A DNA stretch of 64,000 nt, taken from assembly GCA_036172245.1 (NCBI GenBank), contig JAYWIR010000001.1:11346001-11410000 (forward strand). Direction: 5' to 3'. The notes beneath the pieces were generated by a model. It was not told the DNA's origin, searched no databases, and was given only the letters and a program-made list of their open reading frames with translations. This DNA is from Raillietiella orientalis. Taxonomy: Eukaryota. The translations under genes were made by a program, and so were the position numbers. Each line of letters opens with the position of its first letter. The stretch's first letter is position 1. This document shows, in pieces, positions 48,701 to 61,290 of the stretch.

Positions 48701-51060
48701 CTTGAAACGGAGGAGGAAGGGGTGGGAGAACCGCTGCGGGGCGCGCTCTGCAGCCCACCCACCTTAGGGGACTCGAATCCTCCGCGTTTTCGGTGCCCCC
48801 TTGCCCGAAACCAGCGCGGAAGGGAAAGGGGAGTGAGGAAGACGCCTGGTTTTGTGCGAGTCCGTTTTCACTTTCCTGGGAGGAACTGGGAGAGTTCGGC
48901 GGCTACTTGGCCATCCCGAAACCACCTGCCCCTCCCCCTTCTTCCGGTCTTCGAGAAGAAGAGGTCGACAAGGCCCGAGGGGAACGCACAGGCGAACTGG
49001 TGGCCCCGCCGACGACAGAGCGCGGGTCCGCACAAAGTAAAGCGCAACGCGCAGCCGCGGGAAAGCTTTCGATACTTCCGGTGCTGCGCGTCACCCGCCG
49101 TAACCCTTCGTCCTCCCCTGCCTTCCCCATGTCTCCATCCCCCCTCCCACCTCTCGTCCCCACGCGCATGCGCGCACGCTCACGCGCATCGCGACGAGCG
49201 GCGCGCACGCACGCACCGATCGGATTCTGCCGCGCCGCCTGGCACGTGACTGGAAGGGGGGGGGGGGGTTGGAAGGCGAGGAAGGGTTTAATCACGCGGC
49301 GTGCCTCCCCTCTCGTGATGAACTTTTCGGGCCCCGAAACGTAGAGGGAATGTTTGCTTCCCACGGCTGAAGATCCGGCGTCCTATCGAACGTCTTTCGG
49401 TTCCAGCATCGAGTAAATAGCAAATCAAAATGAAACGGGCCGACGCAAGGGGGAACACACGGCCCGTGTTCTTCCAGACCGACCTCCGTAGTGAACGAGA
49501 GGCAGAGAGGGGCCGAAAAAAAAAGGAAAGAAAGAAAATGCTTCTTCTCACTCTTCGCCGTTTCGCTCGCCATTGAGCAATCTGTTTTTTTCTTTCCTTT
49601 TTCCCTTTCTATGAACGATTTTAGAAAGTGAAGCGTCGTCATCTTTTTTTTTTTTGCTTGCGAAGGACCGCTTCGGTTACCATCGATACTTGGAATGCTT
49701 CGGGTCCAGAGCAGCGTCTCCTCGCGTCCAGCCCGACAAAGAAGCGAAGGAAAGAAAGAAAGAGCTTCTCCCGCAGCAAGTGCGTAATCTCGTAGGCGCG
49801 CGGGGCCGTCCGGAGCCACTTCCTACCTGGACCATCGATTTACTATATGGAAATTTACGATCCCGAAAGTAATTTGCATGGGAAAACGAAGGGATTCTTT
49901 TTTTTCTTCTTCTTGTGCCAGGATTTACCTCAAGCAGAGTGTCGCGCGGGAAAGAAAGTTCACTGCACTTGGATCATCGGATGTATCCTCTGTAACTTGG
50001 AAGGTGGGGGGGGGGGGGGGGAACCATGGTGGGTCTTCGACCAAATGAGAGAATTTCGCGAAATGGGCTTCAGCGCGATTAAATTGTGGGGTGTTCATCG
50101 GCCGTCCCGGTGACGTCGCCTGCAGGCGCCAACTCCTCCCGCTCCTCCTCCTCGCACCGGCGTTTCCGGCCTACGGACCCATGTCAGCAGCATTCGAGTG
50201 CCTACGAGGCGCGCGCACGGGTCGTCCTGTGTGCTGCCCGATCCAAAAGAGAGAGAGAGGGAGAGAGGGAAACTCGATTTATCGATCATTTCGACTGTCT
50301 GCCGAGTCGGCTCAGGAATTCAAGTCTGCGTATCTCGTGGGTGCCCACGGAAATTCGAGGAGGTACACAGGAAAACTCCCCGAGAGAGGAGAAGAGAGAG
50401 GGAGAGAGGGAAAATCCAAGGATCCCCGAAGTGAGCCTGCACCAAGTAAATCAAATCAGCTTTCGTCGGACTGCGCTAATTTTTCGTTTCCTGCTTCCCC
50501 TTTCCACGAGAACCCCTTCCTGAAACGCTGCCACTTCGGATGCAGCCTTTACCCGGTCAGAATGTGAAATCCAATCCGATCGTGAATTTCAATGAGTGCA
50601 TCATTTCAACTTATTTATCTTTTTTTCTTTTTCCTTTTTTTTTTTTTTTTTCTTAATATCTCATTGTGCTCTGAATTACGTTTGCATCAGGTTATTTATA
50701 GATGTTACGTAATAGTATTAATAGAAGAATACTCATCAGTTTGAAGAAAGGAAGAAGGGGGGGGGGGGGAAAGCGCATGGAAGACCCCTTTCGCATTTAA
50801 ATCTGGTCCGGAGCAACTCTGGGCGTAATGAATCTCAAGGGTTGCGAAAAGCCAACTGCGGATCCTCTTGCATTGCGGAGCCATTTTTTTTCTTTCCTTC
50901 CTTCTAGAAGCTACCTGAGAAATTTGCAAATTGGTGCGATTCGCGTTCCTGCAATAAATCACCGGCATTCCTTAATGATCGGGGAAGCTCGGATATGGAG
51001 AGGGGTAGTCATTTTCGCTCAGATTCACTTCTAGGGAGAATCTGCTTGCATCTGTCCGTT

Positions 51061-51346
51061 CTTTCTTCTTCTTCTGCTTCTTCTTCTTCTGCTGCTGCTT
51101 CTTTTTTCACGATCTTCCTTTTCTGTTCTCTCCTTATTTTTTCCGTTTTGCTTTTCATTTCTTTTCACAACGTCATTGCGATTTCCCTCATCACTCCTCC
51201 TCTTCCCCTCCCCCTCCTCCCTTTTGGCATTGATCGCGGGCAAACATCTCTTGTTGTTTTCCGTATTTTCTTCTTTTTTCCTCCCCAGCTTCCTTTCCTT
51301 TCCTCTTTTTTTTTTTTTTCCTCTTTGTTTTTTGTTTTTTTTTTTC
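51061..51346. repeat. (CTT)n/(CTG)n and T-rich low-complexity tract
   Basis: cttcttcttctgcttcttcttcttctgctgctgctt and poly-T runs, read directly. Confidence 0.85.
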
Positions 51347-51639
51347 ATCGTCTGAAGTTATTTACAGAAAACCAAGCTGCTGCAACAGCATCTCCGGTGC
51401 ATCTCCGGGTAAAGCGCAGGACAAGCGGGGACTTCCTTCAGGACGGTTTTAATTTTCACCTTCTCCTTCCCTTGACCCTTCTCATTCGGGAAATACTTCT
51501 CTTGGTCGTTCCAAACAGGTGCTCCCTACCCTCATCATCAGGCAGATGCGGGACCGCAAGGTGGTTTTTCGCCGGGATAGCAGGATCATCCCGTGGGATC
51601 CTCCGATCTCTTGGCGTCCTCGGGACCTTCGTATAGTCC

Positions 51640-52500
51640 CGCTGGGAAAGGGGTCAGGAGGGAGACGCAACCCTCCTCACACTCCCACGCGTTTCCTTTC
51701 TGGACAAGTCGAGATCGCTTCGCTCCTCCCACAGGAGGACTACCAGAAAAAGGATCCCTCTCTCCTTCGGGAAGGAGAAAGGGATGGATGAAGGCGAGCG
51801 AGTCTCTTGTGGCCTGGCATCACGTGACGGACACCTCCGGAAATGCCTTCTTCTCCTGTTGGACCAGCACACGGAGGTCGTCAGAACCGGAAAGAGAATT
51901 GGGCCGAGCCAGGAAGGAAGGCGCGTCTTTCGGAGAACGGTACCCGCGACCCCGACCACCCGCTTGGAAATGCGAGGGGAGGGGAGGGGCGCTACCCCAG
52001 GAGTGTCCGTCCGAAGATCCCAAGGAAGGAAGCGGCGCTTGCGGAGGTGCTGAGGGAGAGGCGCCGCCGTTCGCCCGTCCGTCGACGCCGCCTCTGCGCG
52101 AGCGCGCACCGAACAGCCGCGCAGCAACCGCCTCTTACCGGACCGCCACGCACGCGCGTCCTGAGCCGCAGGATCCTGAGGGCCCCTCCCTTCGCGGCCG
52201 GGAACATGCGAACGGCGCCGACCAGGGTCCAATCTCTTCCTCGGGTCACTTCCTGCTCAACAGGCACCTTGCTCCCGCGGAAATGTCCGCAGGGCAAAGT
52301 GCCTACGAGGAGGGCCCAGTGAGAGGAAGGGGGCGCCGCGGTGCAGGCGAGTTCGGAAAGCGACTCGAGTCGTTCAAGGCCCGAGGGCTTGGGGGCAGCT
52401 TGGCAGATCGAGAGGAGCCCCCCCCGGACGTGTCCTCGGACAGTCCCCCACAGGGTCGCTTCACAACTTCCTTAGAGTCCCTTCAGAGACGGACTGGCGT
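51640..52500 (+). mobile_element. Decayed PLE RT relic
   Basis: FLSGQVEIASLLP (motif A), GNAFFS / TGKRIGPS (motif B), GPISSSGHFLLNR, and FKARGLGGSLADRE (cf. HKRGVV.SLVDRA). Confidence 0.5.
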
Positions 52501-54619
52501 CGTCTCTCCGAGCCCCGCTGCCGCCCTAGGAATTTCGGGAATTTCCCCGGGAGGAGCTCCGGCCCTCGCGGCTACAGGTAGGAAGCGGGCTGGGGCGGGC
52601 AAGGAGCCCTGACTGCGTCCTCCCACCCTACTCCTCCCCCATCGCCCGGGGACGATCCCGAGGGGCGCGACACCTGCCTACAGTTCCCCCCTTTTCCCTC
52701 CGTGGAGCTCCCTGCGAGAGACGAGAGCCCCTCAATCCTCTCCTTCCGAAACCACAGGAGAAAGGGGGCCGCCCCTCATCGAAAGCCGCAGGGCGCAGCC
52801 GCTACCTGCAGGGAAGGAGGTCAACGTTCGCACCTGGCACATTGGGCGCGGGAGCGGCGTCCTCCCAAGCACCCACGTGTGAGCACGAGACCCTCCCCTC
52901 GACCTCGCAAGCGCCAGAAGAGGGCCTCCGGCGCACCCCTCTGGCCTCCTCCAACGGACGGTCTCCGTGCATCGCTCCCTTGGGTTTCCCTCTGCGGGGG
53001 AGACTACGGAGCAGCAGGAGAAAAGATGCGGGAGCCCCGGGCGTGCCGCGAGGGAACTGAGCGGCCTGCGCAAACGCCAGCGCGGCGCCTCCCTCACTGC
53101 GGACAGTCTCACGCCGTGGGTGGTGCCAGCGGGGGTGGTGGAAGAGGAGGAGGAGGCCTTCGTGGTTGCGACCACCTTTCCTCTCTTCCTCGCCTCCCCA
53201 ATGACCCTGAGGGGACCACACATCTCCAGTCCTGACCGCCTTTCCCGCCACGAAGAGACGGCGTTTCGAACAGCGCTTTTCGCGCGCCGATCGAAAGGCG
53301 GCAACGAACGGAATGGTTGCCAGCGCAGCAGTAGTAAGGCGCTGCCGTCGCTCACTAGGAGGAGGAGGGGGGGGGAGGGAAAAGGAGAACAAACGAACAA
53401 ACAAATAGACAAGAAAAAACGAAAAAAAGAGGGGCGGAGCGAGGGGCTGGAGGTGGGCGGGAGGTTTAAGAAGCAACACCAACGTCGTCATTGGCGACCA
53501 TTTCACGGATATCAGCAACCTCTTCCTCCCTCCCGCTCCGCAGAAATGTTTTTTTTCTTTGGTAAATCGACGTGGGGAAGGGGAGCGGGTGGGCAGGAGG
53601 GAGGGAAAAAGGGAGAAGAGCCTTGCTTTGTGGTTTGCTTCGGGTCCACCGTCGGCGAGATCGACGACGCGGCGGGGAAAAATCGATACCCTTCAACGTT
53701 GCCGTGGGATACGCGCCTCAAGTCGGCGCCGCGAGCCGGTGCCGTCACCTTGGCAGAACGGGAGCCACGCCGAATCCAGGAGCGCCCCCTACGCTCGCGG
53801 GTCGCAGGAGGGGGGAGGGGGGCTCGCGCGCGCGGCGACTGCGACAACGAAGGGCGTGCGCGTTTGCGTCGGCCGCCGACCCGGTCTGCCTGCCGGCCAT
53901 CCCGCCGTCACGCTCGACCGCGCCGGGGCGCCGCCTCGCGGAGAGAGCGCGCCGGGGGCTGCGGTGGCGGGATGGGAAGGAGGCGAAACAATTCCCTGGC
54001 ATCTCCGGGGGGAAAGAGGTGGAGCGATGGGCGCCGGTGCGCAGCGCGCGGCCCTCGAGGACTGCCTGCTCGCACTCCGAAAGGACTGGCGCTCCCGGTC
54101 GACTCCCCCCTCACGAAGGGAGAAAGGTCCGCGCACGCTCCAGGAGGTCGCGCGGCTCCTTTGCGCGCGCTTCCTCTCCGTTCCTCCCCGAAACTTTTGA
54201 CTCCCTGCCAGGAGGAGGGGGGGGGGGAAGAGGGGGAAAGGACGAGTCCCGAAAATAGCCGTCGTGAAGCTCGGGAGCGGTTCCTCGCCTCCCTGGACCT
54301 ACCACGAGGAGCAGGGCGGCACTTCGGGAGACGCAGGAGGCGAATTCCCTCCGGCGGACTTCCAGGGAACAGAAGGGTGGATGGGTCGTGAGCGAGTCCG
54401 CAGAGAGTGCTTGCTGCTTCGGGCGAGCGGGGCCACGGCAGATCGGAGAGGCGAAATTCCGGTGGGTGCAGCGGCGGGGAACTCCTGCGAGAGGCGTCGC
54501 TCCTTCCGGAAGGCATCGCAGCTCGACTTGCGCGAGGACTGAGGGGCGAGAGGAAGATGGACGGAAGAGCGCGCACCCGCGCTCCCTGAAGAGAGACCCG
54601 CAACACTCGCTGCGAGGTG

Positions 54620-55800
54620 CGCGTGGACAATCCCATCCTGCAGGATGGGATGCAACTGCAACCAGAAATCGCTCTCCCATCCATTGATGACAGTCGGAAG
54701 GAGTGCTGGCATCCGGCCTCCTCCTCCTTCTTGTCCTCCTCCCTTCCTTTTCCTATTCCGTTTGTTCGGACCCGCCTGCTTGAGGCGAGACGACCAGCTG
54801 GCCAAAGGGGTCAGCCGCTTCCTGTTCCGGCTGCGCGGTGTCTCAGCCGGGTAATTCCTTTCGCTGACATCAAGGGGCGACGGGAGTCCCTGACCTCCCT
54901 CTCTCTTCCTGGCAGGCTGCTCGGAGGGAGCGACGAGGAAGGGGTGTCCTGCCTGTGACGGAGGCTATCCTCAGAGCCGGCCCCCGTTGTGGCCTTCCTG
55001 GGAGGCCACTTTCACAGCGACCCCGCGGTGGACCCGCCCTTCCCGTGCTCCTCCCCGCCCTACCGATGGGGCGCGGGTCATCCTGGAGCCCTTGGGAGGA
55101 TCGCCATTTGATCCTCTGCGCACGTCTGCTTCCGTGAGAGGACGCGTTCTCAGCCGCCGTGGCGGGGGCGAGCGGTGACTGCGGGAGCCGTTGGACCTCC
55201 GGGCGCTTCGCTGTGAAAGCGGCGCTGCTCCTCACCTCGTCCCACTGCTGAGGGTTCAGGGTCATCACTGCGGAGCGCCGCAGGAGGGGCTGTGCCCAGC
55301 GGCTGTTTCCGTGGTACTGGGAGGGCGGATGTCCCGGGTCGCACAGCTGAGCTCGCCCCTCCTCCCCCCCCTCTCCTGGATGCAGGATCGCCTCTTCGGC
55401 AGTCGACCTTTCCCGAGGGCATTGTGGGAGAGCATCGCCGCTGCTGGGACAGCCGTGAGCGCCGCGGGACAGCCAGACGCGCTCCCGGACCTGTCTTGCA
55501 CCTCCTTCGCCCCCTCTGCCTTCCTTCATCCCGTTGCCAGGTCGTGCGGGTGACCTCGTTTGCCCCCAAAAGTCTTAGAGCTCCGTGGGTCCAGCCGCAG
55601 AGCCAGGGGGAAGGGGGTCTTTCCTCGGGGAAAGAATGGAGCAGAGGTGACCGGAAGTGCGTCCGGCACGCTCAAGATCTGGCGCTTCTCTCTCGCGGCG
55701 AGGGCAGCAGGATCCCTTAGGCTGCGGGCGGCCACAGACCCTCGCCGGCCCCGAATCCTCCGTAGGCGACGAAAGGGGAGCTACCTGGCTACGGAGTCGG
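54620..55800 (+). mobile_element. Decayed PLE relic (RT motif B to GIY-YIG)
   Basis: LQDGMQLQP, VIPFADIKGRRESLTSLSL (cf. IQFT.E.E...L.FLD), HFHSDP, TDGARVILEP...FDPLRTSASVRG (cf. VDRARRICEP...L.HLR.....NG), and EGIVGEHRRC. Confidence 0.6.
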
Positions 55801-56649
55801 GGCGGAGTCTCCAACGCACTCGCGACCCAAGCAGAAAGTCCGCTGCGGCCCTAGCGCGACTGCTACCTTCCCTCCCCGTTGTCAGGGCGAGCACCTGGCA
55901 ATGTGGCTATGGAGGACTTCCTGGGCTTCCCTTCCACGCCCAAGGTCGGAGAGGCGAGGGATGTGACCAGCTGCGCCTGCAGTGTTCTGTCCGGTGGAGG
56001 ATTCCACACGGGGAACCCTGCGGCGTGAGGCGCGACCTCGTGGGGCAAACGCGGAAGACAAGACCCCGCGGCGGTTCGGGGTCCCTCTTGACGGGAGGGA
56101 GGTCACGAAACTCGGCGGGGAGATGCAGCTGAGAGGTGATCCTCCCTTCGGGTCTCGGGTGGAAGGGTGGGGAAGTGGACGGGAGTAGGGGAATTAGCTC
56201 TTTCCCGTTCTCCCCGTAGGGGCTGCGGGATGTGGAGGAGGGAGGGAGGAAAGGGGTGGGTGCGCCTGCAGCTCCTCCCTCTGGGGGCATGACGTCAGCT
56301 CCCCTCCGCAGAAGGGGCTCGCGAGCGATCTCCCAGGGCGACGGAACCGGGCAGCGCCCGCGGTTGGAGCGCTCCTCGTCTTCTCCGCGAGGAACTCACC
56401 CCCGCGGCGTTCCCTTGCGAGCGCGGGTCACGGCTCGCCCCTGCCGACCGCGCGGTCACCAGCCAAGGAAGCAAAGAGGAGGCGCTCTCCAATGACCTCA
56501 CCGGGGTCAAACCTTCCGGCGGGAGACGCACCCTGAGACTCCTCGCGAGAGAGGAAGGGGTCGGAATGCTGCTGGACCCCTCCCCTCCCCTTTCGGGATC
56601 CTGGGTCCTTACTCGTCCCGGCGGATGCGCGGGTGCCCCGCTCCTTCCT

Positions 56650-58830
56650 TGCCGCAGGCACCTCCGGGAGACCCTGCAGAGCGCCAGCCCAGCTCTTCAG
56701 TATCCCGGAGGTGGATGCAAGCATCTCCTTGGAGACAGCCCCTTTTCTTTGGACTCATCTTCCCCTAGAGCCGTCCTGTCCCTCCCTGGAGGTCGGAGGG
56801 ACGAGGGGGCTACTCCGAAGGACGGCTCCTGGGTGGAAGGATGGCACATCGAGTGATCGGCAGCGGCTCTCTCGGTCGCGCCCTCCGGCGGTGCTCTCCG
56901 ACCTCGTCCCTTTGGCCTCCCTGGAACTCTAAGCCCTATCGAAAATGCTGGACTCGCCTCCAGGCGCGCCCGCACACCACAGGGGATCCAGGGTCTTCTC
57001 TGGTTGCCTCCCCTGTAGCCGACAGCCCTTGCTGGATCTCCTGCCCTCGGCGGACCTGCCGAAGGGTTTCCTTTTCTGCCGGTTCCTTCCCGTCTGGAGG
57101 GGGAGGGGGAAGGGGAGTTCTGCAACTGGGCAGCAGTCCCTCCTCCTACCGACTCACGGAGGCGCTGTCGCAACAGCCTCGGCGTTTCACCGCGGCTGAG
57201 GGACTCTGGATTGCCTGGCGACGGACGGAGCTCTCGGATCCTCTTCTTCCACTCCCCTGCCCTCTGCGAAGCCACGTCAGAATCGGCGCGATCTCGCCTC
57301 GTCAATCCTCGGAAGCTGCGGACCGAAAGAGGCGGAAGCTGGTGGCCGTCGCCCCACGTCGGGAGGCGACGGCCGCGCGTCGATGGCGACCACGGAGACC
57401 GATGCCAACACCTGGCCCGAAGCCGCTGCGGGAGGGAGCGGCAGCGCTCCGGGCAGCACCCGCGCTCGGTGACCGGCCGAATGCAGGGTGCCTTTCGACC
57501 CAAGGTCACGCACACCGCCCTCTCCTCCGAAGTCGGCGCCGGGGAGCGGTCGGCCCCACGAGTGCACCCGATCCGAATTTCCAGAGCGCGAGGAAGGCAC
57601 GAGCGGGTGGCCACGGATGGCGCCGCGCGGACAGCCTCCGGCAGCGCGGAAGAAGGCGCGCCGCTGACTGCGCGGCGTTCTACTAGATGGCACTGAGGTT
57701 GCTGCCGCGCGCGCGTCCGGGCACCCCCGAGTGAGGAACGTCGTGGGCGCACGACACCGTCGGGATTCGCGAGCGCCGGCGAGAGAGCGCGTGATGTGAG
57801 TGGGAGGGGGCGTCCTCCTTGCGGCACGTCGAGCTGTCGGAAAGGAGGGATCCGCGCGCTTCCACCCCCGCCTCTCCGAAGGGAGCGAGGAGCACCTGCC
57901 GGCAAGTTCCATGACCTCAGACCCTTTTTCTCACGGCGCTGCTTGTCTAAGCTCCGGATCGGGGCGGGGGCGGGGGACTTGCGAGCAGCCGGAAGAGTCT
58001 CCGTCCTTCAGAGGAGGACCCAGGAGGCACCCAGGTTTCGCCGGAGGCAAGACGCAACACAAAGCGAAGCTTCCGTGGGTCCGTGGAAACGTTCCACCCC
58101 ATCTCCTGCTGCCGGTCCCCTGAAGTGACCGAGAGTGTGCGGCGGTCACCCTTCGCTGTCTGCAATGCCGGTCGCGCCATCGCCGACGCGCTCGCACCGC
58201 CAGAGTTACAGCAGCGGCGGTTCGTCGAACCTGTGATCAGCCCGCGCGCTGTTGCTGCCGGTTCGCAGCTTCCTCACTCCAGTCCGTGGCGCGCCACTGC
58301 GGATGGGAGCACCTCGTCGGAAGGAGGAACCGGTTGCGGGCGTCGGGCGGTGGGGGTGGGTGCGGTCGAAGAGCTTGGCTCCGCTGGACCATCGCGCGTG
58401 GGAAGAGAAGAAAGGTAGGAAAGCATGGAGGCGGAGCTGAACTGTGCTCGCTGTTGGCTCTTCCGCGGGAGGCCGCCACCTCTACGACCCCCCTCTCGAG
58501 GTCAACTTGGAAGAGCACGGAGTGTTTCGCGACGACGTCCGTGCTCTTCTGGAGGCGTAAATCCTCGACAGCCACCGGCCCGCGAGTGTCCCCGCGAAAC
58601 GCGATCACCCGCGGTCGAGGAAAACGAGGTGGGCAGAGGCCACCCCGCACACCCGACGCCTTCCGAGTTCGCTATCTAGCCTCTGGCTCTGCGGAAGGGG
58701 GAGAAAGAACGGCGGGGAAAGGGAGGGGAACCTCCTCATAGTAATCCGCGGGACTGCGCGACCAGAGGCTCTTGGCGCGCAGACCTCTCGGAGTACTGGG
58801 AGCCCTTTGGCCACCTTGCACTCCTGGTGG
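56650..58830 (-). mobile_element. Near full-length decayed Penelope-like element (RT plus GIY-YIG)
   Basis: KGLPVLREV (cf. YGLPKIHK), KSTDVVAKHSVLFQV (motif A), HGLE*GSCEP (motif B), NVSTDPRKLRFVLRLASG (cf. N..DP.IKFTLE.E.NG), SAVRK, RGETPRLLRQRLRE (cf. IGET.R.L..RLREH), and AAADHS. Confidence 0.7.
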
Positions 58831-60809
58831 CTGGAGCACGGCGCTAGCGCCACAAGACAGTGGAAAGAGGTTGCGCGCGGATGCGACGTCCTTCGAAGCA
58901 TCAATCCGCTGACACCCTTTTATGCCCCAGAGCACATGAAGACCATCTTTGCGCCGCCGCCGCCCCGCGTTTCTCGGCTCTCTCTAGCTGCGAGGCTTCC
59001 TGGCGCGCAAGCTGGTCTCCGCGCGCGCACGCCCTTTTTTCCCTGGCTGGCGAGTTCGCCTCCCCAAGCTTCAGGCCTCGCGAGCGCGCGACGGCAGCGC
59101 TTCGGAACTTCGGCGGAGCGTTCGCACCACCACCACCACCATCTCCCACTCTCCCCCCCCCCCCGTGTCTGCTGAACCACTCGGCCGCATTGCTTCTCTT
59201 TGCGCCGGCACAGCTCTCCGCGGGCGCGCCAGTCACTCGAAGGAGCCGCGTGTGGGCGCTCCCTCGCGCGCGGTTCCGTCAGAACTCTGGCGGGGTCACA
59301 GGCCACCCAATGGAGTTCTCGCAGCCCGCGCACGTTCGTTCCTTCGCCGGGGGGGGGGGAGGGGGGGAAGAAGCGACGCTGCATTGTTGTCGGGCGCTCG
59401 CGCCAGCCGCCGCATGGCTCGCGGGAACTGGTTCGGATCGCCGGCGGAGGGCGCGCGCCCAACGAAAGCGCATCCTGCTGCCGCCGCCTCTGCCGCCGGG
59501 CGTGGGTCGCGGCCAGACAGGAGGGACCACGGAAGGAAGGAGGACGGGGCGCGACCGCGAACACCGTGCGCCACCTGGACAAGTCTCTTTCTCGAAGGAG
59601 CAGGAGACGCTGCTGCCGGTTTGGGGGATCGTCCTTCTCACTTGGGGGGACAGCGACGGCAGGCGGGAGGGACCATACTCCTCGAACGGCCCTGCGCTCT
59701 CGGGCAGTTCCAGGCACGCAGCGTGGGAGTTCGGGAGCGCCATCCGGGAGAACGACAACCGGCGGTCCTCGTCCGGCAGTGCCCCCGCTAAAGGATGGAT
59801 AACAGGCGCACTGCGCGGACGCCTTGCACCCAGGGTGGGCGCCTGAGGCGTAGCGGGAAGGAAGACGGACAGCGGTAGTGTCGAGCACCTCTGCAGAAAC
59901 AAAGGACGGGGGGGGAGTGTCCTCCGATGCCTGCAGCAGCGTAGGAACATCTCTCTGAGAATCCACGTCGATCGCGATCCGGGTCGCTGCGGTTCCGTTT
60001 CCTCGTCACCGCCCAGAGAGGATGTGCTCCTGTCCTCTGTGCAGCATCAGCAGCATCAGAGGGAGGGGCAGGGGGGAAAGGGGGTAAAAGGAAGGAAAGA
60101 AAGAAAGAAAGAAAATCTTCGTGCCGCTCTTTTACGTCTGCAGGAGCACCGCCACTAGTGCCCACTTCCTTTCGATCGGAGGTGCGGCTGAACACGGATC
60201 AGCACAACGCAGGTGGCTGCGGTTGGGCCGCGATGTCGAAGCAGAGGAGGAAGGGGGGAGGGAGTGTGACAGCCTGGTGGTGAAAAAGCTCTTCAGGCAA
60301 GAGGGAGATGAGCGCACTCTTTTTCCTTCCCTTTCTCCTCTTCCTCCCCCACGCGGGTAAGAACGAGGGCGGATTTTCTTTCCCCCCCTCATCCTTCCTC
60401 CCTGGCTTTTCGGATTTTCCTTTCTTCCTCCTACTCTGCGTCCAAGCGGTTCCCGTCCGTGCGATGCTGCCACCTAGAGGAAGAATGCGATCCACCGCCT
60501 GGCATTCAGGAAACGCTTCCAGCATAAATTATTCATGAGGATGCTAATAAGCAATCTTTTTGCCGTGCTCCTCGTGCGCGGCGCTTCGTCCCCTTCTTGC
60601 AGCCAGCCAGCGTCCTCAGCGCGGGAGCGGCTGCGAGGCGGTTTGGGTCCTCCTGCCCGCCCGCTCTGACATCAGCAGCTCTCTCTCACTCCTTCCTTCT
60701 TTTTTTTCCTCCCCCCCCCCCTCTCTTCCTTCGTGTTGTTGACTCGCCGTTTCCGAGCGCCCCTCCACCAGCAGGCGTCTTGCGTGCCGCTCGTTCGCCC
60801 GCTGCAAGC

Positions 60810-61290
60810 TGAGCTGCTGGACCGACCTCCGCGATGGTTCCTCCGGCAACAGGACGAAGACGCGCTACTTCCCCCCGTCCCGTGCATCCCGGAGGAAGGG
60901 CCTGCGTTTCCCGAAGCACCCGAGTGGCGCTCGGGCTCCCGGAACCTCCTCCTCTTCTTCGCTGTCGGGAAGACCCGGAAGGCTCCGTCGGGGGTGTCCC
61001 GGAAACCGCCGCGCTGTTCTCCCCTCCGATCCCGGGATGCCTCCGCTCTCCTTCCCGCTGGCGCCGTCATCACCGCCACTGATGGGCGGCGAGGATCCCC
61101 TCGTGGTGGGTCGCCGCTGCCTACCGGCGCCCAACAGCTCCCTCCGCACGGTGAGCAGCCCGCTCTGTCAGGAGAGGAGGGGCAGCCCACGGCTCTCGTG
61201 GTTGAGGTCGCGTCGAACACACAAAAAAATCCCCCCTCGTCCAATAAACTTCCTCGAGGCATCCGTCCAGAGGCGCTCCCTCGATTTTTA
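60810..61290 (+). mobile_element. Decayed PLE RT relic (motif C to thumb)
   Basis: RPPRWFLRQQDEDALL (cf. KP..W.RYVDDIF), SRNLLLFFAVGK, LRSRDASALLPAGAVITATDGRR, and GIRPEAL, all in ORF 60733..61734. Confidence 0.55.

Noticed and set aside
50995-51636. Multi-pass membrane protein ORF (213 aa, F/L/S-rich)
   Set aside because: The hydrophobicity derives from (CTT)n and poly-T low-complexity DNA.
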